57,861 nucleotides of DNA from Octopus bimaculoides (GCF_001194135.2 NC_068993.1:24247300-24305160), one strand, 5' to 3'. Counted from the first letter of the stretch, positions 1 through 13,907 are shown. Notes: generated by a model from the sequence alone, not told the origin. Numbers and translations: made by a program.

Positions 1-41
<41 letters not shown>
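1..41. repeat. (TA)n microsatellite
   Basis: Pure TA run at window start. Confidence 0.98.
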
Positions 42-44
<3 letters not shown>

Positions 45-457
45 GTGTAACACATGTATTGAGTACTTTTTAGACCGTTTACAAACACAAAATCCGTGGT
101 TGGTTTTCGAGTATATATAATAAGCGTTTGTAGACATATATTTAAACTATAAATGATTTAGTATAATATTTTCCTAGGTTTCTTAATCCAGTAAGCCAAT
201 CGGAGAATTGGCAAGTATGACAATAAATATTTGGCATGGAACTTTATTTCATTTCACAGTATTTGAAGTTAGCCATTTCTCGGTAGCCAGTCTGAAATTA
301 TCAACATATTGTATTTAATCAAAGCTATCAATCTCCTTGCTCCAGTACGGTCTACAGCTTTAATCCCGCCAAATATTGAACCAATTTTATAATAATTACC
401 ATGCACATTACAAAGCAATATCGATGAGAATCATTTATTGCCAATTCACCCACTATT

Positions 458-560
458 GTTGTTGTTACTTCTGTGTATGATGCCATTGTTGTTGTTGTTA
501 CTGTTGTTGTTGTTGTTGTTGTTATTATTATTATTATTATTAGTAGTAGTAGTAGTAGTA
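458..560. repeat. Compound trinucleotide microsatellite (GTT)n-(ATT)n-(AGT)n
   Basis: Direct reading; source of the spurious poly-L/I/T ORF 352-600. Confidence 0.9.
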
Positions 561-1789
561 TTTTAATTTCTATTGACAGCTGACTTAGGTGTATTTTCAA
601 TTCGCCTAGCGAGTTTCAGAATGATTGTTGTTTCTTTGCTACTGAATGATTTTTTTTTTCTTTTATTACTCTGTTGTGTAAACAACTAATCCTAATGGTT
701 TATTGGATCTATTTTTTCTCAACCTTTCGGATTATTATTCCTCTAAGCAAACTTAGAAGAAAATAATAATTAATTTAAGGCACAAGAAGCAGTGTTGATT
801 GAAATATGTACTTATACAATCACATTTAACACGTTAGCGTACATTCGAATTTCAGCTTCACGATGCTTATGCTTAGCACACCTAGGTAAATGGTTAATAT
901 TCCTCAATATAAGGGCAACTGTTTACTATTTGAAAATATAAAGACGACACTTCTCACAATAATATGAACTGCTTCTTCGGATTTCGTCAATGATATGTTT
1001 TTATACATATTGTTTTTGGAAGTATTTTTTTCTCCCAAGGATACTTCTTCAGCGAATGGTTTTCTAACGTTCGACTACTAACGAAAGTGTTACATACAAT
1101 TGCACAAAGAGAAAATTAATATTTTCAAAATATTAAAACCAAGGAAGACACAGTCTTTTCTAGAATCGAACCTGGTGATGAATCATTAAATCAAAATTGT
1201 TTTGCTTTGCGACACATGCCACTTGTTGATTTCATCTGCAATTTCTCCCCTCATTTTTACACTGATCAATTCAAGTGCCAACACAGGGTACTGAGATAGA
1301 CGGCAGGAAGAACAACAACCATGTTACTGAGAGTAAAAACAAAATAATATCAATAATACAATCACCACTAACCATTCATCCAAAAGTCAAAGCAACCTCC
1401 AACGCTTTCACTCTGGTTGATGAAAGCGTCACTTATGCAGCAACACATTGAAGGTTTGAATTACAAAAAGAATCAATAGGTTTGAATTGCAGAAAGAACC
1501 AATGTGGAAACTCGCAATACAAAAGTAAGAGCAGAAAGAGAATTAGAATAAACTCCTGTATACGGAAGGGAAGTAAAGTCACGTTGGACGCACCATTGGG
1601 GGTCATAAAAGAGATAAAAAGATATGCAATATTGAAAGCTGCAGAGATCGATTCATGTAGTAAGGGGGGAGGGGAAGTAGGTCAGGATAGGGCGAAAGCA
1701 AAACTTATCTTTGACAATACTATAGCACACGTCAGGTTTCGGAGTGAAATGTACACACACGGCACGCTTCGAGAATTACTAAAAAATTA

Positions 1790-1812
1790 TAATGCTGCTG
1801 CTGCTACTGCTT

Positions 1813-1899
<87 letters not shown>

Positions 1900-1921
1900 A
1901 TGATGCTACTGCTGCTACTAT

Positions 1922-1985
<64 letters not shown>

Positions 1986-2042
1986 AAGAAGAAGAAGAAG
2001 AAGAAGAAGAAGAAGAAGAAGAATAGTGATAATGATAATAGT
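1790..2042. repeat. Compound in-register microsatellite (GCT/ACT/GAT/AAG/AAT)n
   Basis: Direct reading; explains homopolymeric tracts in ORFs 1482-2081 and 1792-2103. Confidence 0.95.
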
Positions 2043-2592
2043 GAAAGTGCTACATTGGAAACTGCAAAAAGTGGGGCCTAGAGAGAGGCAAGACGTGGTA
2101 TGAACACAAACAGCATAGAGTGGCGAAGTCGAAGATTAGCAGCATCCTCTGGGATTTCCCAATCCAAACAGATCAAGTGCTAGAGCATGACAGACCGGAC
2201 CTGGTGGTGGTGGACAATATGCACCGCATATGCTATATAGTTGATGTTGCATGTCTTATTGACCCACGAATACTCAAGAAGGAAGACGAAAAGACCGATA
2301 GATACAACACTCTTCAGTACGAATTAGCACGGCTATTACAATGAAGAAGTTGAAGATTGTTGGGTCCTTGGAAACAGTGCCAGAAGGCATCAAGAGGGTT
2401 ATAAAGGAAAATGGAATAGAGTGCCCAGTAGAACTGTTACAAAAGGTTTGCCGCCTTGCTACGGCCAGAATAATCAGGAAAGTATTAGGTAGCTGAAAAG
2501 AACGAATGGCATGATACTGTAGGCTGTAGGTAGTAATCCCGCTACGCATGCAAGACTCCAGGAACTCCAACAAAACCTGTGCTAAAGAGAAA
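2043..2592 (+). mobile_element. R4/Dong-clade non-LTR retrotransposon, 5'-truncated copy A (RLE endonuclease + 3' UTR)
   Basis: Translates to KVLHWKL...ILWDFPIQTD..EHDRPDLVVVD...IVDVAC..D...KEDEKTDRY.....CPVELLQK...IIRKVL*, the PD..D restriction-like endonuclease region; ends in an AAT-rich linker. Confidence 0.9.
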
Positions 2593-2618
2593 ATAATGGT
2601 AATAATAATGATAATGGT

Positions 2619-3973
2619 GAAATGATGAAGGCAGTTCAATCTCAATCCAGCTATAAATACCTGGGAATACTTGACGCAGTTGGAATCAAACACCACGATA
2701 TGAAAGAAAAGAAAAAAAGAGAGTACTTGCGACGAGTGAGGAAAATATTGGCTTCAAAGCTGAATGCCAGAAACATAATTTCGGCAATAAACTCACACGC
2801 AGTCGCAGTAGTTCGGTATGGTGCTAGAATTCTGAAGTGGATAGAGGAGATACTAAAAGAGATGTACAGGAAATCAAGAAAGTTCCTAACGATGCATGGA
2901 GCCCATCATCCACGTGCAGACACTGTTCGCCTATGTATGAAGAGAGCAAATGGAGGAAGAGGACTCATAAGTGTGGAAGACTGCGTGCGAATCGAACTCG
3001 AGAGCTTAATGAGATAAGTAGCTCAAAGTAAGGAAACCTTACTGGTAACACTTAGGAACGAGGGGGTACTGAGAGCAGTGAAGAAAGCAAAAACAAAAGA
3101 AGTATGAAAAGGACATGAAGAAGAATTACACAAGAAGGGAATACACAATTCTATGTAGCTATTACAGAGATTGCTGGAAAAAATAGATGGGATTGGCTGA
3201 TGAAAGAAACCCTAAAAAAAAGAAACCAAGAGTAATATACTGGCAACGCAAGACCAGGCTTTGGCCACGGACTGGAGGGTCAACTTTAGGAATGAGCAAG
3301 TGCCCCCGTTGTGCCGATTCTGCAGTAGAGTGGGTGAAACCATTATCCATATCATGAACGAATACCCTAGACTTGCCCAAAACCACTGCAAATTGTGGCA
3401 ACACGACCAGGTATCGAAAGTGCTACATTGGAAACTGTGAAAAGTGAGGGTTAGAGAGAAGCATGAGTATGAGAACAGACTTGCAGACAGCGGTGGAGTC
3501 GGAGACTTGCAAAATTCACTGCGATATCCCAATCCAAAGAGATCAGGTGCTAGAGTATAACAGACCGGAAAAAGTATTGGTGGGCAAGGTGCACCATATA
3601 TGCTATATAGTTGATGTTGCATGCCCATTTGACCCACGAATACTCAAGAAGGAAGACGGAAAGATAGTTAGATACAACCCTCTTAAGTACGAAATAGTAC
3701 GGCTATTAAAATGAAGAAGGTGATGATAGTGCCAATTATTGTTGGGTCCAGGGGAAAAGTATCAGAATGCATCAAGAGGAATATCAAGGAAATTGGAATA
3801 GAGGGCCCAGTAGAACTGTTACAAAAGGCTTGCCGCCTTGGCACAGCCAGAATCATCAAAAAAGTATTAGATAGCTGAAAAGAACGGATAGCATGATCCT
3901 GTAAGCTGCAGGTAGCAAGCTCGCTACACATGTAAGACTCCAGGAGCTCAAACAAAAACTTTGATGAAGAAAA
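2619..3973 (+). mobile_element. R4/Dong-clade non-LTR retrotransposon, 5'-truncated copy B (RT thumb, CCHC, RLE, 3' UTR), frameshifted
   Basis: YKYLG...KLNARNIISAINSHAV...HHPRAD..RL.....GGRGL; QDQAL; CRFC....ETIIHI; RLE region closely similar to copy A; shares A's 3' UTR; followed by (AAC/AAT)n. Confidence 0.92.
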
Positions 3974-4019
3974 ATAACAACAGCAACAACAACAACAACA
4001 ACAATAACAATAACAAATT

Positions 4020-4054
<35 letters not shown>

Positions 4055-4118
4055 AGTGGTGGTGGTGGTGGTGGTGGTGGTGGTGATGATAATATTAATG
4101 ATTATAATAATAATAATA
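3974..4118. repeat. Compound microsatellite (AAC)n-(AAT)n-(GAT)n-(GGT)n-(AAT)n
   Basis: Direct reading; separates Dong copies B and C. Confidence 0.92.
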
Positions 4119-4159
4119 TCAAACACATGCAACATCACCCTAGATAGAGTCACCGGGCA

Positions 4160-5260
4160 ATTATAATTATCTAGGAGCGTGTGATAAGATGAGATAAGAC
4201 ATTCACTAATGAGAGGCAAGATAAGAAAGGAGTGCTGCCGAAGAGTAAAAGGCATACTGTAAACCAGTTTGAATGCCAGAAACGAAATTGAGGTCATAAA
4301 AACATTGGTCATGCCAGTAATTATATACAGCTTCAATATTATGAACTGGTCCCTCTCTGAGATCAACTATGTTAATGTTCAAATATGAAATCCGGTTATA
4401 GTGCATCGTATGCATCATACAAAAGTATAGACAGACCGAGTATAGCCGACTCTCATTGAAGCTTGCAACCTAACTGTAACAAGCAAACGATTAGATGTTA
4501 AAGCTGGTTCTGTAACATGAAGATAACAAAAGTTTCACTCAGTGACAAAAAACGCGAAAATATACCCCTGAGAAATGCAACTAAACGAACCAGTACCCGA
4601 AGAAAAATGTTACCCCAACAGACAAAGTAAAACAAATAAAAATAATTGAGAAACAAGAGGGAAGGTTACGGCATGGCAATACCTGACTACAATCAGCCAC
4701 CCTGACTGAGATCAAGCATTAACATGCCTTGAGGCTGTCATACTGAGGCCTTTAACCAGAGACTGAGGATATATCATTGCTAATCAAGACCAACCTTTTC
4801 ATCTAGGAATTGCCAGAGTAATATCCTGAAGTAAGGAAGCAGCTGCGCAATCAACTGCATAATCACTGGATGCTGCAGAATGGCACCAACAGAACACTCG
4901 CAAAGCATGACACGGAAGCTTAGTACACGCACTGGTTAATATGCCGCTCATACAATCTCCCTCACATAAATAATCGGTGGGAATACAAGCCATTATAAGT
5001 TTCTCACAACACCGAGGTTACCTCCCTTTGGAATATCAGGGTTTAAATTGATTGATAAAGATGGGCAAACAATCCTGTTCTCATTCTGAAAATCATACTG
5101 GATAAAACCTATCTTCCTATAGATGTCGCAATCCCCAACGACAAAAATATAACTGAAAACGTTTGAAAAACTGAACAAATATCAGGACATAAAAATCAGA
5201 ATAAAGTGGCATCTCTGAACAAAAATATGTATTATTATTGGAGCACTTATATCAAGAGGA
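4160..5260 (+). mobile_element. Degenerate R4/Dong-clade relic, copy C
   Basis: Broken frames give LNARNEIEVIKTLVMPVIIYSFNIMNWSLSEI, IITGC..MAPTE, HWLICRSYN, KYQDI, IIGAL; many stops. Boundaries approximate. Confidence 0.7.
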
Positions 5261-5309
5261 GCAAACATCTCTGGCTGTCCATTCCTAGCCAAAACTGAAT
5301 ATATGAACA

Positions 5310-5810
5310 GACATGACTGAGTAAGGAGTGGTATCCACTGGGAAATTTGCCAACACTACAACTAATAACAAATGTTATGAACATATGCCAAACAATGTAC
5401 ATGACAACTACCATGCCATAATCACCTGGGATACAACTGTTTAAACTGACAAAGAAACCCAATTAAAATGTACAGGCTTAATAATCAAGGATTGGAAGAA
5501 AAACACTTGCTCACTGATAGATATTTCTTTCTCTTCTGAGTAAAATATTGCCCAACAAAGAAGTAGAGAAACTCAAAGTACAAAGATGTCGAAATTGAAA
5601 TGTTCAAGATGCGGGAGAAGTAAGCATGATAAGAACACATATGAACAAAGATTTATGCCATACACAGAGACACAACACAACATACTATCTAAAAATTAGC
5701 TATACTAGGCACAGCTCACTTTCTTCACAAGACAATATCAATTCAATAACACAGCACAAACAAATATTAAACACCGGCAAGACACTCTATATAATAAATA
5801 TCCAATAGAA
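5310..5810 (+). mobile_element. Degenerate R4/Dong-clade relic, copy D (RLE region)
   Basis: GIHWEICQHYN and KYKDVEIEMFKM visible; boundaries approximate. Confidence 0.65.
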
Positions 5811-6214
5811 GGAGGTGGCATTGTTCGAAATTTGTTAGACAACAGTAAAACGTCTGAATGGCCATCGAATAGCCAGCTGCCTTGTCAGTCGGTGTAAGGT
5901 TGATACACAGCCACTAACACTCTCGTATATTGAGGAAGAGGTTCGCTTGATCAGACAAGAAAATAGTCATTGTTCAAACATATGCAGTTTATTCCATTTT
6001 CTTTTCTACGATACATGTGTGTGTGTGTATGTATACATGTGTATATGTGTGAATCTTAGTGCAATGCTTCTTTCGTACATATATTTGAAAAGAAATGTTT
6101 GTTTGTTTTTTATATTAGCTTAATGTTGTTTTCAAGCTTTTGTTCGTTTGATATTGTTGATGGCTCTCCATCGTTGATTTCCTTTTCGAGCAATAAATAG
6201 AAGTAATGTGTGTT

Positions 6215-6430
6215 TGTAATGTTCACATGCATGCATATATGCATACATGCATACATACATACTAAAAGAAAAACATACGCACATAAAGCCAAACATATAT
6301 ACATAAGAGCAAAACATGCAAATCTTCACGTGCACATACATATATAGATAAATAGATACATATATGCATGCATGCATACATACATGCATACATATAGATA
6401 CATACATACATGCATACATACATACAAAAA
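6215..6430. repeat. Degenerate (TA/CA/TACA)n low-complexity tract
   Basis: Direct reading. Confidence 0.8.
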
Positions 6431-6616
6431 TACCCTGTTGTTAATGTTGAATTTCCAATGAATGAACCTTGAATCTAGGTTAGAAACCGCCTCTTTTTCT
6501 ATTGACAAGAAATCATGCAATAAAATTTAACAATGGCATACATATGTATACATATATAAATACATATGAATGTACACTTGGTTTTAGATCACCGATTGAT
6601 GAGAACATTTATAATT

Positions 6617-7815
6617 TATGTATCAAATCATTAAGAATGAAATTGATTTGAACTGAAAATTTACTTTTTCTCCACAAAATCAATTCAGTTAATCAAAGTA
6701 TGCACTTAAATTATCAACAAAATTTTGCCATTTTATCCGTATCATATTTATGCTGACAGCGAGGAATTCTGGAGAGCAGGAGTTGATGAAACCACGAAAG
6801 ACTGTTTTAACATTTTCTTCAGATTTGAAATTTTATCCTTGCAAAAAGTTGTCTAATACCTAGAAAACATGATAGTCAGTTGGTGCAGCGTCTGGTGAAT
6901 ATGGGGATGATAGAGTACTTCCAATCTCAGTTCCTGTAACTTGAGTAGCATTCTTTGTACAACATCTGGTCGAGTATTGTCTTGCAAGGGAATTGGCCTC
7001 TCTCTATTGACCAATCTCGCTTGTTTAATTGCAAGTTCACTAATCATTTCATCCAATTGGTTAATGTATACATCCGCTGTAATTGACTTACCAGGTCTCA
7101 TGAAGCTGTAGTGGATGACACTAACAGTGGACCTCCAAACACACACCATTAGCTTTTTTTTGTGAAAATTTCTTTTTTGGATTGTGTTGCTATTGTTGAA
7201 AAGAATCCATTTTTCATCACACGTAAACATATGATGCAAAAAATAGTTCGCTTTTATGAGCGACAAGTTTTAAGACGACGTGTCATTTGATGCTTGTTCA
7301 GTGTAGTACCCACTTGTCACGCTTCTTTACCATGCCAAAATGTTCCCGATGGTCCAAAATATTTAGAATCGAAACATCAAACTTTGCTCCTAACTCACAT
7401 TTAGTTAGAGATGTATCTGCTTTCACTACAGTTTCCAGCTCATCATTATCCACCTTGGTCTCAGGTTTACCACAGGGCTGATTTTCAAGAGTAAAGCATC
7501 AAACCAAAACTACTCAAAACATCGACGTAGAGTACGCCCATTCGTGACATCTTCACCAAACACCTCATTGATGTTTCGAGCTATCAAGGATACAGTGGTT
7601 CAACGACGGAACTCATGTTCATAAACAATACGAATTTTTGATCTATTCGTGTGTTCACAAAAATTGATTTACAAGAGAAAACTCACAATATAATCAAACA
7701 CCATGAACTGCATTTCGAAAAGGGATGATGTAACTTTTCAATGTTATAAAACAAAGAATTGTCAGGATTCAGGATAAAAACATTAAAGTTAACGACTGTC
7801 AAACTTGGTGCATTT
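6617..7815 (-). mobile_element. Mariner (DD34D) transposon relic, family 1
   Basis: TCDEKWILF, KKLMVCVW, LQDNTRP, HPHIHQTL (decayed YSPDLAP region); colinear with 35240-36490 in opposite orientation; frameshifts and stops. Confidence 0.9.
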
Positions 7816-8689
7816 TGTACGGAAATATTATTTTACCAACTGAAGAGACAGGAGTAGTGAATATTATTCACATTTGTCTTTAAACGGAAATCTCGCATGT
7901 CATATTTGTGAACAAAATCACAAGGACGTGATGATTCTGATAATGGAGTCACAGAAATAATCAATTAACTCATACCTCTCTTAATCTTATACTATCCCAC
8001 CTTTAGGAGTTGAGCTCAATAACATATGTGCATAAGTAAATGTCACAAATTATTTGACTGTTGCCCCATCGATTTTGCCAAACTTTGGCATTATTATTAA
8101 GATAATGCTTTTATTCGATAGATATATGTCTCGTACAATGATAGGTAATTTGCTGAAATAACAATTTGTTTATCCAATTGTTTACGTAAAATTTAGCATT
8201 CAAGATATTTAGTAGACTAATAACAGTGTCTGGTTGTTAAAAGTTCTAGAGATCTCTGACATTTTCACTATAGCAACTAAGAAATTGGAAGAAAATCCGA
8301 AATATCACAAAAACACATAACTTATACTTATTCTTCGAAAAGGAAGACATTTCGACGTACAGCCATCAATGATATCAAAGAAACAATAGCTTGAAAATAA
8401 CATTAACATAAAATACGTTTCTTTTCAAATGTATGTATGTTCGAAAGAAGCATTATGTTAGGATTCACACACCTACACATATATACATATATTGAAAAAT
8501 ACACACATAGCTTTGTGTTTTTACGTATAAAGGCAAACACACTTATTGGCCTGAATTTAAACTCAACGGCATGGTGAAATGAAAAAAACGAATACTATGC
8601 ACGCATCAAAGAAGCGTGGACTCTGTCTGACAGAAAAGAAAAATTGCTCAGTCCTTTATTAGTTATCTCAGTCTGTATGTATCTTTTAG

Positions 8690-9230
8690 TTGATGTCTTG
8701 AAAAAGACAAATATACGCTGGCAAACTAGAAAGTTCAATCTCTAGACGATACACCTATAAAGGGTCGTCTTACTATGAAGAACGCCTTCTCATTCTTCAA
8801 ATTCTTTAATGCTCTTCTCTCTATAGTCTCTCCAACATCAATCTGTCAGCTTTTATGTTCATGATCTTAAACGACCTACCGGTACTTATGTACTGTCACT
8901 GAATTTGTATTGGTTCATTATTTAAGATGCAACGGTTGATCTTTTATCAAAACTAGGTTATTACATTGCACACGGAAACAAGATCGTCACTCATAATCAC
9001 TTCATCAAATCAACTCTTTGGTACCTTTAATGTTTGTTCTAAAATTTTATTGAAAGTTTCTATCGAAAAGCTAGAGATATTAACGCCACGTGATATCCAT
9101 AATTATAGTCTAACGCCAAGCATCAATTCCCTTTCATCATGAAATGAGCTTCGTCTTCTTTTATCTCATTGTTTCCTAAATATCACGAGATTATAGTGGG
9201 TTACACTCTTGCATTTCCTCTATATTTGGC
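8690..9230 (-). mobile_element. Possible very old CR1/L2-like LINE 3' relic
   Basis: Only weak broken motifs (YLG; LERL..RRALK; RL....SL). Low support. Confidence 0.3.
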
Positions 9231-10103
9231 CTGAAGCTTGAGACAGACCCATATATCAACGTTATACGCTCACACGGACTCATGACTACACAAAAGTTCT
9301 AAAATGAACAAAAGTGAATAATGTGTCTTGTCCCAGTTATGTGGGAGAAGACACATGTATTTGGCGCGGAAGTATATAAATCAGGCTACGTACTACACAG
9401 AACTTCTCGCAGAATAGGGAAACATCATCCGTGTAGACCCAGCAATAAGCGTCCTCCTCTTCCAATCCAAAACAGTGGGCAGCATCCTATGTACGTGACC
9501 TACTTCAATTTAGTCATAGACATTACCTGAGATCCTGTTTATGTGGTCAACTACGAAGATCATTTCAGAGATATTAATAGTAGTCAGCCAAGCATTTCGA
9601 CTACAAGGGATGTATCACCTCTAGAAATGCCAGTATCGACGTTACAACAGATTTGTTGGCAACATATTTGTTTTGATTCTAGGAAATGCAATGATTCTAT
9701 GGCAGATTTCCATTTCTTTTCACAGAGCTTTTGGTTTTATTTAACTACCCAAAGTCCTTTTAACGGCAGCAGTATGATAGTTTACAAGTTCTTCTTTAGT
9801 TGCAGATAGCCCTTCCATATTCAGAAATATAGAAGTCAGTATGGGATTTCAATGTAGACACAGGATTCTGGACACCGTTTTCAAATCGACTTTCGAATGT
9901 TAGGTATAATTCGCAGTTAATAGAATAGTTATTAAATATTTGATAGGAATCACGACGTGAATGCTTCTCCCTTGATTTCCGAGAACAAACTGGTAACAAA
10001 ACAGCGTATTCGAAGGACTGTACAAAGTAAAGTCTAAAAAAGCAAGCATGAGATGTAAGTCACAAATATCAGCCTGTATGAAGTTGTATGACTGTCCATC
10101 GTC

Positions 10104-11368
10104 CTAGTTATGTTTAATAAAAAATACAATTTATTTACCTAAGTTTTGACATCATCACCTTCGAAATAGTCGCCTTGCGCAGCAATACACCTGTGTATAC
10201 CCAGTGCCCCTGCCACTTTTGGAATCTGGCCTAGAAGATAGTTTTCCGTAAGCGTTTCGAGGACAGTCTACGATTCGTTCTTGATCTTGACAACGGTGTT
10301 AAAACGGTGCCCTTTGAGCTGCATTTTCATCATGGAGAAGAGATGTAAATTAGTAGGTGTAAAATCTACCTAATAAGGTGGGTGCGGAAGCGATACCATG
10401 TTTTTTTTTTTGGTGGGGGGCGATAAACTCACGAGTGGGGAGAGCTCGGTGACGGGGTGTATTGTCGTCGTGAAGAATCCAATTCTTCGCGCTCCACAGA
10501 TTCGGTTGCTTTCGCTGAATGTCTTCCCCAAAACGTCCCAAAACGTCGCAGTAGAGCTCATGATTGATGGTCTGGCCCTGGGGAACAAATTATCGATGCA
10601 CAACACCGCGGATATCGAGACCAAAAAAATCGATGAGCATGATTCGGTCTTGGAGATCAAGGGTATTCCATTGTAACTACTGCTGTGTTGTCTCAGGGTC
10701 GTACCTGTAGACCCAACACTCGTTACCGGCGATGATTCTAGCCTTGAAGGATGGCACATCAGCGACACTCTGACAGAGATTTTGGCAGACTTCGACTCGT
10801 TCTTTCTGCTCAGTGGTCAGCAGTCGGGGGACAAACTTAGCAGAGACACGCTGCAGGATTTCCTACACGGACCTATACGACATACCAACAACATCAGCAA
10901 TGTCGTTGATTGTCCTCCGATGATCCTTATGCAAAGCTGCTAAATTTTCTCCACATTTCCGGGGCTAATATTCGTGGCAGGTCTTCCAGAGCGCTCATCG
11001 TCTTCCAGGAACATTCTTCCGCTTTTGAAGCGTCGTGCTACTCGAAGTATTGCGCACGACCTATTGCCACGTCAACGTAACCTTCTCGAAACATGCGCGT
11101 TTTCTCTATAGCAGACTTTCCAAGCTTAACGCAAAATTCCACGTTGGCGCTTTGTTCCAACTTCATGTCCATGACAAAATTGGAGACTACAGCATATACG
11201 TGCTCGCATAAACACAAATTATACAACTTGCGAAATAAACACATCAATGTCACTCAGCAAACTGCATCATGAATGTCACTGCTAGCTCTCACTGCACACA
11301 CAACCGTGTGCTACCATCTACTGGCGCGCTACAGAACTAGTCGGGGAACATTTTGATACGAGCTGGTA
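10104..11368 (-). mobile_element. Mariner (DD34D) transposon relic, family 2
   Basis: N-terminal EQSANVEFCVKLGKSA, central WILHDDN, C-terminal CIAAQGDYFEGD; mariner-type 5' TIR (TACCAGCTCGTATCAAAATGTTCCCCGACTAG) ending in TA at 11367-11368; only CTAGTT of the other TIR survives near 10104. Confidence 0.9.
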
Positions 11369-11379
11369 GATGTTACTGA

Positions 11380-11900
11380 GGCTTGCCTACCATTTCTACC
11401 TTAGACTACTTGATTCTTTCCACCAGCTCTGCTTCCGCAACATGCTGACCATCTACTGGAGTATCTTCGTTACCAACTTTGAAATCTTGAAATAGGGGTA
11501 AGTGACTAGTAGAAGGACCATATACTTCAAGTCCCTGCTGCAAGAGGCAGCAGTTTTCCAAAGTGGAGTATCATCACCTTCTCTCAATATTAAAATGTAT
11601 GACTAAATACACCAGTAACCACCCTAACAGACAAGCACCCCATCAGAAAACAAAAGAAGGGTTTTCTAAGGAAATCATATCGTATTTGTCCCCTTAGCAT
11701 CCACCGGTGTCATTTTCTATTCGTCAGTCATGAAGTCAGGAGACACCATCTGATTATTTGCCTCCTCATTGGAGAATACACGTTGGACTGATCTTGACAC
11801 CTTTTGGAGATAGAACCATCAACTGGAGATAGAACCATCAACTGGAGATAGAACCATCAACTGGAGATAGAAACGTCATGCAGCAGTACTAACAACAGAT
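11380..11900 (+). mobile_element. RTE-like LINE 3' relic
   Basis: LDSFHQLCFRNMLTIYW..FVTN.EIL, K.P..KQKK and DR..WR resemble the RTE ORF C-terminus; heavily decayed. Confidence 0.5.
11805..11872. repeat. 19-bp tandem repeat (TGGAGATAGAACCATCAAC), three full copies plus a partial
   Basis: Exact copies read directly. Confidence 0.95.
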
Positions 11901-13872
11901 TTTCTCCTGCAACCAGTGTGGTGATCGGGCAGCTAAATATTGACTTTATCAGCTAGCAAACGTAAACAATTCTTTTCATGACTCGAAAAGCTAAGCTATA
12001 GTCATATATAGCAAAAGCTTCATTATGTATGTTCTATGTGTCAATTGATTATGGAGAAGAGATCCACACAATCTTTGCTTTCGTATTATTGTTCTTGTAT
12101 CACAAAAACATTGGAATTATGTAGACAATTCTGTCATTGAGGACTGATGTAACTTACAATTGCCATCCAAGATACTCACCCTAAATCTAGACTAAGTGCA
12201 GATTTTAATGACAGAGACTTTGTATTAATTAAAAGGATATAATTTTCTCCACAAAATCACTTGTCTCCTTGAATGTGATATTGAACATAGAACTGATTTT
12301 GTTTTGCTCATCACGTACAGGATGCGGGAGTAACTCTCTAGAATTATAGAGGATATAAATAAATATGTATGTGTACATGCAAACATGTATGCATATGTAT
12401 TTCAGTACGTCTGTCCGTATGTGAATGAGTGCCTGTATGAGACAGAGAGAGGATGTGCAATATACAGAAACAGACGAGAGAAAGGGATGCCTATACATAA
12501 CAATATCCAACAAGTAGAAGAGAAAGAACAGACTCGGAATATTTTAAAATATGAATTGATTTTGAAATTATTTTATGGACAAATTTCTCTTTAATGAATG
12601 TTTTTTTTTTGTTTGTTTTTTTCAAAATATCATTCTTGCATTCGTAGATTTCCTGAATATAAAAACGACAAAGTACTAATCTGTTGATATAGGTGACCAA
12701 CTCCTGCAACACCCTATGCATAATATATAAAGTACGAAGGCAGTTGTCTTACATAAACTGTATATTATCATTAATTTAAAATTCATTTCAAATACTTGAT
12801 CGTTTCTTCAGTAATTCTTTGCCATTTTCTCACTTAATTGTATAGAAAGTCAATATGAAACGGAGAGATAAATGTACTAAAAGTTAGCTATATTTCTTAA
12901 TGGCTACTTTTCACGATAAATCTCAGTTGTAGTCTAGCTATTTCTTCTGATCATAAACAAGAAACTATTAAATACATTTCTTGATAGCGAAAAGTTCAAA
13001 AACGCTACTATTTTATTCTGTATTATGAAATATTTAACCTGTTTCTCAACAGTTGGGAATTATAACATTGTCTGATATACAACTCTATTACATTTGGAGT
13101 AGACACGCAAACACGATTTTGCGATTGTACTCTGATTTGTGATTTCACATCACATCAGTATGAATATACACTACTTATGTAATATTTAGAGTGGTTTCTC
13201 CCTTTCATATATTGTTAGTAGTTATATCCTATAAACATTACCAACAAATAAATAAGTAAACATAATTCTGCTTAAGGCTGTCCTTCTTTATCGTTATGTT
13301 TGCGATCATTTCTTCTGAAGTAGTCACAGCTGCATGCTTTGTTTCCTTTTCTTTGAATACATATTCTTCATAACGCATTATCTTAGAGCTAAGAGCCCAA
13401 GAGTATTTGGGTATTTTTATCCCGTTGTATCTATATAGCTATATCTATCACTGGTAAATACTTCGTGAAAAGTTTGGTAAGAAAATTGCATGACAATACT
13501 TACGGGGAGACACGTTATCTTTAAAATACAGGTATTTATTACGGATGAGGTATCTATCAATAGGAACTTCCTCTTAAAAATATATGGGAAATTGTTGCAA
13601 TATACCATTTTGTAATATCGTTGAAACCACCACTCTTTGGGCATACATCAGAATATCGTCATAAATTTAAAAACCAGTAGCATCTGAGTTTGTATCCTGT
13701 TAAATTGATGTAATGGTTGCATTGTTCAATTGAATGGAGTCGCTTGAAATGATCGTACTGCATTACTACTTGATATCCTGTTGCTTATTTTGATTTTAAT
13801 CACCTTGCGTTGAAACTGTATGGATAATACCGTACTAAATTCTGGTGCCTTAGCTTAAGTACTTAATTCATC

Positions 13873-13907
<35 letters not shown>

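Noticed and set aside
1482-2103. 199-aa and 103-aa ORFs with poly-T/A/D/K or poly-L/R tracts
   Set aside because: Open only because in-register trinucleotide repeats lack stops; the non-repeat part shows no recognisable domain.
11805-11872. Possible CRISPR-like array
   Set aside because: Units are directly adjacent with no spacers; eukaryotic context and no cas genes.
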